Shown: positions 52,646 to 62,097 of the stretch, piece after piece
Numbering within the stretch: position 1 is the first letter of the stretch
Layout: each line of letters starts with the position of its first letter
NCBI GenBank assembly: GCA_030600585.1
Contig: JAUVLU010000003.1
Coordinates: forward strand, 13,871-77,870
Length of the DNA: 64,000 bases
Direction of reading: 5' to 3'
Source of the DNA: Candidatus Cloacimonadota bacterium
GTDB lineage: Bacteria; Cloacimonadota; Cloacimonadia; Cloacimonadales; TCS61
Notes under the pieces: generated by a model
The model's input: the letters and a program-made list of their open reading frames with translations, nothing else
Told to the model about the DNA's origin: nothing
Databases searched by the model: none
Position numbers and translations under genes: made by a program

Positions 52646-53932
52646 TTAAATCCTGAAATTTCTTTTCCCAATATTTTTTCTGTAAAACATATTGTCAAAA
52701 TAAAAAAGTTTTACTTTCTTATAAGCATTTTCGATGGCTTTTTCTAAAGTATTTCCGCAAGCTACAATGTTCAGAACCCGTCCGCCGTTCGTCAGGAATT
52801 TATCTCTTTCTTTTTTTGTTCCTGCGTGGAAAACAAGTTCTTTCGCTTCTTCCAACCCGCAGATAGGAATTCCTTTTTTATACGCTTTGGGATATCCACC
52901 GGAAGCAAGAACAATATCCACGAAAAAACCGTCATTGAATTCCATTTTGAAATCTTTCAATGTTCCATCAAAGCAGGAAAGAACAAGTTGCAGCAGATCA
53001 CTTTTTAATGCCGGTAAAACCACTTCTGTTTCAGGGTCTCCAAGGCGGACATTGTATTCAAGAAGTTTTGGACCTTCTTTGGTTATCATCAAACCAAAAT
53101 ATACAACACCTTTAAAATTGAATCCCTCAGCTTTTATACCATTCATCGTTGGTTTAATTATATCATTTTCGATTCGTTTTTTAAGTTCCTCCGTATAAAA
53201 TGGAACAGGACAGAAAGCTCCCATTCCACCGGTATTTGGTCCTTTATCACCATCCAATAATTGTTTGTGATCTTGTGATGGCAGTAATAATTTATAATCA
53301 TTCCCGTCGGTAAATGCAAGTATGGAAAGCTCGGAACCTTCCAGTTTTTCCTCGATCAGATAGGATGCTTCTACCCCATATTTTTGGCGTATATCTTCTA
53401 AAGCAGCAAATGCTTCTTCTTGCGTTGAACAAACAAAAACACCTTTTCCTGCTGCAAGTCCGTCGTATTTTATAACACAGTCTCCGTTCATTTTTACTAT
53501 CGTGTCATTTATTGCAATGTTATCCTGAGTCCCGATTTTTTCGGGAAAGTATTCACTTTGACAGATTCCGCCAAATTCCCGATAATCCCCGGTAACCACA
53601 CCATATTTTTTCATAAATCTTTTAGCATAGATTTTTGACCCTTCCAACTTAGCTCCGGCTTTATCGGGTCCAAAAACTTTTACTGGAGTATCTGCAAAGT
53701 AATCAACAATACCTTCTGCAAGCGGATCTTCCGGACCTACAACGATAAGTTCAATTGTTCTATGCTTGCATAAATTTAATATAGCCTCAAAATCATTTAC
53801 ATCAATATTTACATTGTTTTTTGTTCCGCCGTTCCCGGGCAGAACAAATACTTTTTGAGCACTTTTGCTTTGTGATAATTTCCAGGCAATAGCGTGTTCC
53901 CTGCCACCTGAACCGATTACTGCAATATTCAT
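52646..53932 (-). CDS. purD: Phosphoribosylamine-glycine ligase
   Basis: GSGGREHA, VGPE, KYDGLAAGKGV, QDHK, NTGGMGA, EYNVRLGDPE, TNGGRVL. Confidence 0.95.
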   Translation of the reverse strand: MNIAVIGSGGREHAIAWKLSQSKSAQKVFVLPGNGGTKNNVNIDVNDFEAILNLCKHRTIELIVVGPEDPLAEGIVDYFADTPVKVFGPDKAGAKLEGSKIYAKRFMKKYGVVTGDYREFGGICQSEYFPEKIGTQDNIAINDTIVKMNGDCVIKYDGLAAGKGVFVCSTQEEAFAALEDIRQKYGVEASYLIEEKLEGSELSILAFTDGNDYKLLLPSQDHKQLLDGDKGPNTGGMGAFCPVPFYTEELKKRIENDIIKPTMNGIKAEGFNFKGVVYFGLMITKEGPKLLEYNVRLGDPETEVVLPALKSDLLQLVLSCFDGTLKDFKMEFNDGFFVDIVLASGGYPKAYKKGIPICGLEEAKELVFHAGTKKERDKFLTNGGRVLNIVACGNTLEKAIENAYKKVKLFYFDNMFYRKNIGKRNFRI

Positions 53933-53947
53933 ATTTCTCCTTTTATT

Positions 53948-53974
53948 CACCGCAAAGACGCTAAGAACGCTAAG
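53948..53974. repeat. GxxExxY-type repeat arm
   Basis: CACCGCAAAGACGCTAAGAACGCTAAG between the GxxExxY stop and the purD RBS. Confidence 0.85.
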
Positions 53975-53978
53975 TTTT

Positions 53979-54365
53979 TTACAAATTATTTACTTTTCTT
54001 TTTATACCATTCTTGATTAAAGTAACATTAAAATTAATAAGATAACCAAGTCTTTTATCTGATAATTTAAGATATGATATTAATTGAGCGTCGTGGATTG
54101 GTAATAATTTTTCTACTGCTTTTAATTCAATTATGATTTCATTTTCAACTAATAAATCTAAACGATAGCCAACATCTAGTTTCTTTCCTTTGTAAAACAC
54201 AGGTAATGCTTTTTGCTGTTCAACTTTCAAACCTCGTAATATCAACTCCATAACTAAACAAACTTCATAAGCAGATTCAAGCAAACCGGGACCTAATGCT
54301 TTATGAACACAGTATGCTGCATCAACAATTTGCTTTCCTATTGCTTCAAGTTTTTCTCTGTTCAT
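53979..54365 (-). CDS. GxxExxY family protein (PD-(D/E)xK-like)
   Basis: GPGLLESAYE, RLDLLV...IELK, QLISYLK, GYLINF. Confidence 0.92.
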   Translation of the reverse strand: MNREKLEAIGKQIVDAAYCVHKALGPGLLESAYEVCLVMELILRGLKVEQQKALPVFYKGKKLDVGYRLDLLVENEIIIELKAVEKLLPIHDAQLISYLKLSDKRLGYLINFNVTLIKNGIKRKVNNL

Positions 54366-54386
54366 TACTTATTTCCTTTTTTTATT

Positions 54387-54537
54387 CACCGCAAAGACGC
54401 GAAGAACGCTAAGTTTCCCTTAATTTCTTTTTATTCACCGCTAAGTTCGCGAAGACGCGAAGCTAAGATTTTGCATTATTTTTTTTCTTTATTCTTCATA
54501 ATTTTTCTTTTCCTTTCCGTTCTTTGCGCCTTTGCGG
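54387..54537. repeat. Two tandem left arms plus a complete inverted-arm element
   Basis: Arms at 54387-54413, 54436-54462 and 54522-54537. Confidence 0.85.
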
Positions 54538-55923
54538 TTAATTTTTCCTTATCTCCTCATCTGCTTTGATCAATGTTTCTTTTATTTCTGCTATCTCATT
54601 TATAAACACATCTTTCAGCCTTCTGATACCCAAACTACGCAGAGCAGCAAGAGCAGCCGAGCTTACATCTATAACTGTGGAAGCAGGTGTTTTGGAGGGC
54701 ATTATAAGCGATGAATTGATGTTTACCATCATATCGATCTTATCTTTGAATGGAGGACAATTTATAACTGGAATTGCCAAGTTTGCAGCAAGTGCTCCAC
54801 CGAGTCCGTTCGATCTTCCGGCAACCGCAATCACGCATCCGGGTTCTAAAGAATTATTGTAAACTTCGGCAATCTCGGGAATTCGTTCTCCATTTTTATG
54901 AGCAGAAACCACTCGCATATTCACGAAAATACTGTATTTATCCAAAATTGCTTTGATCTTCTTACAATGCTCCATATCAGCAGGCGAACCCATAATTATC
55001 GAAACAAAACCGTCCTTGATGAGTTCTGCTTTTAAAAGATTATAATAAATTCTGTCCCGGACATCACAATCACAAATTTCAAATTCCTTTCCTACTATTT
55101 TCTCATAAATATTCACGTATTTATTGGAAGCTTCCGCTATCACATCTTCGGGAAGAACATTCGGAACAACGCCGTTTTTTTTATTATTCAGAAGCCATTG
55201 GCGAATAAATTCTTTATCCATCGAATCTATTTTCAACGGATTTTTTTCATAATCTTCCTTGCTCCAGAATCTGGATGAATCGGGAGTATGAATCTCATCG
55301 ATCAGAATAAGTTCTCCATTACAAAGTCCAAATTCATATTTTGTATCCACCAGAATAATGCCTTTTTTGGAAAGTTCTTTTGTCCCAAGTTCAAAAAGCT
55401 CCAGAGAAATTTCTTTCATTTTCTGATAAATTCCTTTAGAAGTCCAACCCTCTTTAACGATATTTTCAGGAGTAATTTCCCTATCGGATTCTTCTTTTGT
55501 GGTGGGAGTTACGATCGGATTGGAAAACTTGGCATTCTGGTTAAGTCCATCTGAAACATCCACACCGCTGAAATTACGTTTTCCTTTTTTATAGCCGCGC
55601 CACATCGAACCCGTCAAATATCCTCGAACGATCATTTCCACCTTGATAGGCTCAGCTTCCTTAACTAAACTAATGTTCGAATCTACCGCTTTAATAAAAT
55701 GATTTTCGATTATATTGCGTGTTTTTTCAAACCAGTAATTTGTGATTCCATTCAGAACTGCTCCTTTATTGGGAATCAAATTATTCAAAACGCTGTCAAA
55801 ACTTGAGACTCTGTCCGATACGACGATCATCCTGATCTTATCATCGATCCTGAAACTTTCTCTTACTTTTCCGCTGTGTATTTTTTTTAACTGCGGAGTG
55901 TAAATTTTGTCTAAATACTTCAT
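54538..55923 (-). CDS. purC-purE: Bifunctional SAICAR synthetase / class II AIR carboxylase fusion
   Basis: SGKVRE, SDRVSSFD, VRGYLTGS, DTKYEFG, DEIHTPDSSRFW; then IIMGSPAD, SAHK, AVAGRSNGLG, in one frame. Confidence 0.92.
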   Translation of the reverse strand: MKYLDKIYTPQLKKIHSGKVRESFRIDDKIRMIVVSDRVSSFDSVLNNLIPNKGAVLNGITNYWFEKTRNIIENHFIKAVDSNISLVKEAEPIKVEMIVRGYLTGSMWRGYKKGKRNFSGVDVSDGLNQNAKFSNPIVTPTTKEESDREITPENIVKEGWTSKGIYQKMKEISLELFELGTKELSKKGIILVDTKYEFGLCNGELILIDEIHTPDSSRFWSKEDYEKNPLKIDSMDKEFIRQWLLNNKKNGVVPNVLPEDVIAEASNKYVNIYEKIVGKEFEICDCDVRDRIYYNLLKAELIKDGFVSIIMGSPADMEHCKKIKAILDKYSIFVNMRVVSAHKNGERIPEIAEVYNNSLEPGCVIAVAGRSNGLGGALAANLAIPVINCPPFKDKIDMMVNINSSLIMPSKTPASTVIDVSSAALAALRSLGIRRLKDVFINEIAEIKETLIKADEEIRKN

Positions 55924-55941
55924 TCTATCTCCCTTTTTATT

Positions 55942-56065
55942 CACCGCAAAGACGCTAAGGACGCAAAAATTTTAAATAAAATATCTCCATTACTTTGTCT
56001 CTACGATATAATTTTAATAATCATTTTTTTTACTTTTTACTTTCCGCTCTTTGCGCCTTTGCGGT
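55942..56065. repeat. GxxExxY-type inverted-arm element with a different spacer
   Basis: CACCGCAAAGACGCTAAGGACGC...CTCTTTGCGCCTTTGCGGT between purH and purC-purE. Confidence 0.85.
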
Positions 56066-56069
56066 AACA

Positions 56070-57683
56070 TCAATGCTTAAAATGTCTGATACCAGTAAAG
56101 ACCATCGCCACACCGAGTTCATTACATTTCTTAATAACCGCTTTATCTTTTATGGAACCTCCAGGCTGGATAATATTCCTTATTCCCGCTTCTGCCGCCA
56201 GTTCCACATTATCTGCAAACGGAAAGAATGCATCAGAAATTAGAACAGCTTTCCCGAGTTCATCTTTGAAATATCGATCTAAATCTTCCGAGTTCCCATC
56301 AAATTCATTGTTTAGATTTTCTCTGGCTTTTTCGATTGCAAGTTTCGTAGAAATTAATCTGTTCGGTTGCCCAGCTCCCATTCCCAGAAGTTGGAAATTT
56401 CCGTTTTTCATTTCGCGAACTATGGTAATCGAATTCGATTTCACCTGCCGCATTGCTTTAATGCCAAATTCTATCAAACCCTTTTTAAAATCAATATCAA
56501 TTTGCTTTTCTGTTACATTTTTCAATTTATCATAAAGTTTATTGTCACAATCCTGCAACAAAAGCGAACCCGAAACATATTTGATTTCAAATTTCTGTTT
56601 GGAATCCTGCGGATCAAAGCAGATAACACGCAGGTTTTTGTGAAACTGCAGATATTCCAATGCTTCTTCCGAATATTCGGGAGCGATGATCACTTCCACA
56701 AATTTTCTCAATCTTTTATTTTCATTATTCAGATTCAGGAATTCCACCGTATTCAAATCAACAGGTTCATTGAAAGCAATGATCGAACCGAAAGCAGAGA
56801 TAGGATCTCCGTTCCAGGCATCTTCAAAAACTTTTCGTTGGTTATTTCCTTCTGCCAATCCGCACGGATTGTTATGTTTGATGATCGCACAACCAAATCG
56901 TTTCAAGTTTTTTACGGAATCGACTGCACTTTGAATATCCCCGATATTATTGTAGGAAAGCTCTTTCCCGTGCAGAATCTTCATATCGGCAAGCGAATTT
57001 TCTGCTCCGATTTCTTTATAAAAATATCCTTCCTGATGTGAATTTTCGCCGTAACGCAATTTCTTTCCGTCAGAAAAAGCCAGTCGTAATGATCGTTCTC
57101 CTGCTTGTTCGTCCATTGTTGTGGAAATTAGAGCATCGTAATCTGCAGTATGATTGAACGCTTTTCTCATTAACTTGAATCTTGTATTAAAAGAAATGTT
57201 TCCATCATTTTCATTAAGTTCTAAAATCATATTTTTGTAGTCATTAACATCAGTGACGGTTGCTACATACTTGAAATTCTTGGCAGCAGCACGTATCATC
57301 GTGGGACCGCCAATGTCGATATTTTCTATCAGGGTCTCAAAATCAGCTCCTGATTCTTTAACTTTTTCAAAAGGATACAGGTTGCAAACAACCATATCTA
57401 TTGGTTTAATTCCCAGTTTTTCAGTTTCCTGCTTATCTTTTTCCCGATCAAAAAGTAGCGCTGATTCGATATTGAATGAGATCGTTTTCATCCTTCCACC
57501 GAATGCTTCCGGATTCCCGGTAACTTTTTGGATGTCGGTAACTTGAATTCCAGCAGCTTCCAACACTTTTTTTGTGCCACCTGTGGAAATAATTTCACAA
57601 TCGAATTCCTGCAAAGCTTTAGCCAGATCTACAATTCCAGTTTTATCGGAAACGCTGATCAAAGCTCGTTTAATTTTTATCAT
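56070..57683 (-). CDS. purH: Bifunctional AICAR transformylase / IMP cyclohydrolase
   Basis: RALISVSDK, STGGT, IDIGGPTMIRAAAKN, YGENSHQ, KHNNPCG, SDAFFPF, QPGGS. Confidence 0.96.
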   Translation of the reverse strand: MIKIKRALISVSDKTGIVDLAKALQEFDCEIISTGGTKKVLEAAGIQVTDIQKVTGNPEAFGGRMKTISFNIESALLFDREKDKQETEKLGIKPIDMVVCNLYPFEKVKESGADFETLIENIDIGGPTMIRAAAKNFKYVATVTDVNDYKNMILELNENDGNISFNTRFKLMRKAFNHTADYDALISTTMDEQAGERSLRLAFSDGKKLRYGENSHQEGYFYKEIGAENSLADMKILHGKELSYNNIGDIQSAVDSVKNLKRFGCAIIKHNNPCGLAEGNNQRKVFEDAWNGDPISAFGSIIAFNEPVDLNTVEFLNLNNENKRLRKFVEVIIAPEYSEEALEYLQFHKNLRVICFDPQDSKQKFEIKYVSGSLLLQDCDNKLYDKLKNVTEKQIDIDFKKGLIEFGIKAMRQVKSNSITIVREMKNGNFQLLGMGAGQPNRLISTKLAIEKARENLNNEFDGNSEDLDRYFKDELGKAVLISDAFFPFADNVELAAEAGIRNIIQPGGSIKDKAVIKKCNELGVAMVFTGIRHFKH

Positions 57684-57701
57684 TACTACCTCTTTCATAT
57701 T

Positions 57702-57930
57702 CACCGCTAAGTTCGCAAAGACGCAAGGAAAAACATTGGAACCACCTGTCTACGTTAAAACTACGCCAAGGCAGGCGAATTTGCACGAATATACACTAAT
57801 TTTTTGCAACGAACAAAACTAACAAAGAATTAACCACAGAGTTCACGGAGAGCACGGAGTAAATCTCCTCTTGAGAGGAGTACGGCTTCAGCCGGGAGGT
57901 GTGTTTCATTTGAAATTCCGCATTCGATAT
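57702..57930. repeat. Array of five different short repeat types in one intergenic region
   Basis: CACCGC arm (57702), ACCAC[31-nt insert]GAATTTGCACGAAT, CAACGAAC..AACTAACAAAGAA (also at ~1778), ACCACAGAG arm (57833), family B (57862-57906). Confidence 0.78.
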
Positions 57931-57945
57931 TTTCCATAATTACCC

Positions 57946-59682
57946 TTAAACTTTGTTCCTAAAATTAATCACATAAAACATCATCAATTCTTCCAATCTG
58001 GATTCAAACACTTCAAAATTCTCAGGTTCTTTATAATCTTCTATCATCTTTTCTGCCTGATCAAGATTCGATTTGAAGATTTCATTAATATTTTCAGTTT
58101 TTCCTAATTCAAATTTTTTCATATTCAATAATGTATCTAAATTAAGATTCAACGGAGTTTGGAAATCTTTCTCATCCAAATGATTCCAATTGCCGGTCTG
58201 TAAATCCAGTTTATAATACGGAAGAAAAAGATGACCATTTTTTACGATGAATTTCAATACATTGATAATATATTCAAATTCCTCGATAGAAATCGCATAA
58301 TGCAAATTAACTCTGACCCAACCGGGTTTCATTCCGGAATATTTATCAATTCCTACCAAACATTGATAATACTTGGAAAGCTCTTCGCTGATACCGAGAA
58401 GTGTATGACCATACGGACCTGCACAAGAACAGCCCGCACGAGTTTGAATTCCAAAAAGATCATTCATAAGTTTAGTTACTAATTTTGGGTGCAGTATTCT
58501 ATCTTTATGCTTAATATTAAAGGGAATAATACCTATCTTCTTATGAATATCCGCAGGACCATAAAAAATTATTTTATCCTCATTTTTGAAGCTATCATAG
58601 AATCTTTTTAGAAAATATTGTTCGATTTTCTCGATATTATTTACCCCTATTTTTTCTTTCAACTGGAAAATCAGGGAAACTTTAATGTTTTGCAGAATTC
58701 CGGGAGTTCCGGGTTTTTCACGGGTTTCGATATCTTTAACAAATTGTTCTCTTTTCTTTGTTACATAATCTACCGTTCCGCCGGCAGCGATAGATGGTGG
58801 AAGATCTTTTGGATATATTTTTTCGTTGATAATAAGAATTCCGGAAGTTCCCGGACCACCTAAGAATTTATGTGGAGAAAGAAAAATAGCGTCAAAATAG
58901 CTTTCTTTATCTTTGTTCATATTTATCTCGATATATGGCGCACAGGCAGCGAAATCGAAACAGGCAATTGCATTGTGCTTATGAAGAATTCTTGCAACTT
59001 CATACACCGGTGTTTTAATACCGGAAACATTCGATGCTGCAGAAAAGGAACCGATTTTAAAACGGTTATCATACTTTGTATCCGACACAATTTTTTCCAG
59101 TTCGATAAGATCGAGTTCACCCTCTGCGTTCAATGGAATTTCAATAATTTCACAAAGCGTCTGCCGCCACATTATTTCATTGGAATGATGTTCATAAGGT
59201 CCCACAAAAACGATGGGCTTCCTACCTTGGATATGAGCTTTTAATTCTGAATTACATTTTGTTCTTCCCGGGTAGCGAACTATACAACTATCAATAAACT
59301 CATTGATCCTTTTCTTTGTGGCAGGAGGCCAATAAACTCCCAGAATCTGCTGAAGTCGTGTGATACCACCTGTTGTGCCGGATTCCGTAAAAATTATTTT
59401 TCCCGTATCTCCTGCATTAACATTTCTTTTTATGATCCTTTCAGCTTCGTGCAAAAGTTCAGTCATTGTTTTACCGGTAAAATCATCTTCGGTGTGAGTA
59501 TTGGCATAATACTGCATAATGTGCATCAGATAATTCTCTATCGAATATAAGCACCTTCCGCTGGCAGTGTAATCCGCATAAACAAGTGGTTTCTCTCCGA
59601 AAGGTGTTTTGAACATTTTATTGCGTCCGATAATATCAGCTCGGAGCCATTCAAGATTTTTGATTAATTCTTCAGGTTTCAT
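57946..59682 (-). CDS. Class V PLP-dependent aminotransferase (cysteine desulfurase-like)
   Basis: YADYTASGR, YANTH, GPYEHHSN, DFAA, SPHKFLGGPG, GGTV, RAGCSCAGPY. Confidence 0.88.
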   Translation of the reverse strand: MKPEELIKNLEWLRADIIGRNKMFKTPFGEKPLVYADYTASGRCLYSIENYLMHIMQYYANTHTEDDFTGKTMTELLHEAERIIKRNVNAGDTGKIIFTESGTTGGITRLQQILGVYWPPATKKRINEFIDSCIVRYPGRTKCNSELKAHIQGRKPIVFVGPYEHHSNEIMWRQTLCEIIEIPLNAEGELDLIELEKIVSDTKYDNRFKIGSFSAASNVSGIKTPVYEVARILHKHNAIACFDFAACAPYIEINMNKDKESYFDAIFLSPHKFLGGPGTSGILIINEKIYPKDLPPSIAAGGTVDYVTKKREQFVKDIETREKPGTPGILQNIKVSLIFQLKEKIGVNNIEKIEQYFLKRFYDSFKNEDKIIFYGPADIHKKIGIIPFNIKHKDRILHPKLVTKLMNDLFGIQTRAGCSCAGPYGHTLLGISEELSKYYQCLVGIDKYSGMKPGWVRVNLHYAISIEEFEYIINVLKFIVKNGHLFLPYYKLDLQTGNWNHLDEKDFQTPLNLNLDTLLNMKKFELGKTENINEIFKSNLDQAEKMIEDYKEPENFEVFESRLEELMMFYVINFRNKV

Positions 59683-59699
59683 ATAATATCCTTTATCAT

Positions 59700-62075
59700 T
59701 CATAAAAAAGGTGTCGATCCAAAAATATCTTGTCTTAATTGAAACCATTCCACCTCAATTTCTAACAATTCTAAATCTTCACGAAGTTTATTAATCTTAC
59801 TTTCAATATTTTTATTACAGTTATTATCTAAAGAAGAAAAAATTATTTTATTGGGTCTGATTATTTCTGCAACTTTCTTCATTGATGTAAAATCCTTATT
59901 TTTAAAGCCTTTAATAGATTGTTTAATTTCTCCAATAATTAATTTACCATCTTGGATACATATAATGTCTAAGTCTGTAAAGTGTTCTTTTTCACCAAAC
60001 TTAAATACATCTTGAGATGTCTCATATATGAAAGAAGTGTTACATTCTTCAAATAATTGTCCTAAAGTCAATATGACAGGAGTCAAACCCTGTTGAGAAT
60101 ACCCAAATCTAACAAGACTATTTAATTTATAAAACCATTTTTCTTCAGGTGCGATATTGAATCCGCTACGACATCCTTTGCATATTATATCTTGTTGGAT
60201 TTCATCAATATGATACCATTCACTTAAACCACAGCTAGGACATTGTGGTTGTAAACCTATCTGTAAGATGTTTTGCTTAATCAACTCCGATAATGTTTTT
60301 TTAAGATTTTCAATAAAATGCTTATTTTTATATCCAAGTTTTTTGTTTTTTATATTCGAGTTAAAAGCACTACATTCCTTTCTAGCTTCTTTTTTAAATA
60401 TCGACCAAGTAATTTCTTTATTTAAATTAACAATATCTTTAGATCGATTTAAGACATATTCAGTTAACCAAGTTAAATCCTCTTCACTCTTTAGAAAATT
60501 AATACCTTTTTTAGACAAAGCATTTTTAATTTCTTCTTTTTTTCTATCATCCTTTTTAGGATTTACATTTGATAGAATATCAAACATATGTCTCCAATAT
60601 CTAATTTCAATATACTGTTTTGCAATAAATAAATTACCAAAAAGGTTAATAAAACCAGACATATATTTTCCAGTGTTAGAAGGTTTAATATAAGATAGCC
60701 TTCTATGATTCAAATTGTATCTTGCATCTGCTTTTATAAAAGCTTTGTTTTCATCTGTTAATAAAATCCGAAATATTTCTGAGTCACTTATCAAATTTAT
60801 TTTAAGATTCTGAACATCATGAGCTAATAATACAGAGGGGAAGCCATTCGAACATATTCTTGATGAACCATTAAATATTCTATACGCTAACATATTATGT
60901 TTCGGTAATCTCCACCATAAAGTTCTTCCCTGAAAATTAGGATAACGTTCAGGATGATGTTGAATAAATATATCAGCAACCCAACTTTCGCCTATCATGA
61001 AACTTTTTTCAATATCTGGTGGATTTATTATTATTTGATTTTGATCGCCTGTAACTTGAAATGAGTCCATTTCATTTGTTATCGAAACAAAATTACTTCT
61101 CTGTTGAAATTCTGGAGTTTTAATTTCATTATAAGTTTCCGTAATATTTGATAGAACATTTTTTGTAAGCCTATCGGATATAACTTTCAGTTCATCTTTT
61201 GAAAGACTAAAACTAATGAATCTAATTCGGTGGTTACTTCTACTACTATTCCAACAAATCGTTTTAAGCCATTTTTTTAAAACTTCTCCAAACTCAATAT
61301 CGTTTGATAAATCAACTGAAAGCCAGATATTATTGAAATACTTTTTTTGCCATTCTGGATATGATAAGCTAATATTCCAATTATAAACAATATCTTCTGG
61401 AGAATCACCCACGATGATGGTAAATGGACTTTCAACTCCACTATATTTAACTTCCCGAAATTTATATGGTATTGAACATATCTGAATTGGATAAGCAAAA
61501 TTATTATAAATACTTAAATCTTTTAAAGCAGATATAAGTTCTTCCTTTTTTTTAATATTAAATATTTTTTTATTATTATCATCTAATTTATGAATATCTT
61601 TTAGATTAATTGGATATGAACCGAAATTGATATTTATAAATTGTTTTATAAATGTATCTAAATCTTTATCTTTATCAAAAAGAACAAGTGTGGAGCTGAA
61701 TAATTTATTTATATTCTCAATAGTTGGATGTATCGATAATCCTTTGTAAATAGAATGAATATTGTTGTGTAATGGATTTTTTATTTCTAATGATATTGGA
61801 TTGATAAAAAAATCAATTTTTTTTACTAATTCTTTATCAAGTTGTATAAAAGAAATAATTATATCTGGATCGATGTTACATAATAAATTCCACCAGTTCT
61901 TTTTAATTTTTTTACCATCTGTAAATATGATTGGATTATATCTACCTCCCCATTTATGAATGTTGTATTCTATAACCAATTGAATTTGCATTATCGCATC
62001 TTTTTTAGGATTGATTAAAAATGCAATCCTTATTGGACGTTTATCAATATAAATTGAATATGGTTCTTGTTTCAT
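59700..62075 (-). CDS. Large AT-rich hypothetical protein with a C-terminal Zn ribbon and PD-(D/E)xK-like nuclease domain
   Basis: CPSC...CKGC; TDLD...GEIK; N-terminal RPIRIAFLI...WGGRYNPII. Confidence 0.7.
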   Translation of the reverse strand: MKQEPYSIYIDKRPIRIAFLINPKKDAIMQIQLVIEYNIHKWGGRYNPIIFTDGKKIKKNWWNLLCNIDPDIIISFIQLDKELVKKIDFFINPISLEIKNPLHNNIHSIYKGLSIHPTIENINKLFSSTLVLFDKDKDLDTFIKQFININFGSYPINLKDIHKLDDNNKKIFNIKKKEELISALKDLSIYNNFAYPIQICSIPYKFREVKYSGVESPFTIIVGDSPEDIVYNWNISLSYPEWQKKYFNNIWLSVDLSNDIEFGEVLKKWLKTICWNSSRSNHRIRFISFSLSKDELKVISDRLTKNVLSNITETYNEIKTPEFQQRSNFVSITNEMDSFQVTGDQNQIIINPPDIEKSFMIGESWVADIFIQHHPERYPNFQGRTLWWRLPKHNMLAYRIFNGSSRICSNGFPSVLLAHDVQNLKINLISDSEIFRILLTDENKAFIKADARYNLNHRRLSYIKPSNTGKYMSGFINLFGNLFIAKQYIEIRYWRHMFDILSNVNPKKDDRKKEEIKNALSKKGINFLKSEEDLTWLTEYVLNRSKDIVNLNKEITWSIFKKEARKECSAFNSNIKNKKLGYKNKHFIENLKKTLSELIKQNILQIGLQPQCPSCGLSEWYHIDEIQQDIICKGCRSGFNIAPEEKWFYKLNSLVRFGYSQQGLTPVILTLGQLFEECNTSFIYETSQDVFKFGEKEHFTDLDIICIQDGKLIIGEIKQSIKGFKNKDFTSMKKVAEIIRPNKIIFSSLDNNCNKNIESKINKLREDLELLEIEVEWFQLRQDIFGSTPFL

Positions 62076-62097
62076 AATTTTACCTTTGAAAATAAAG

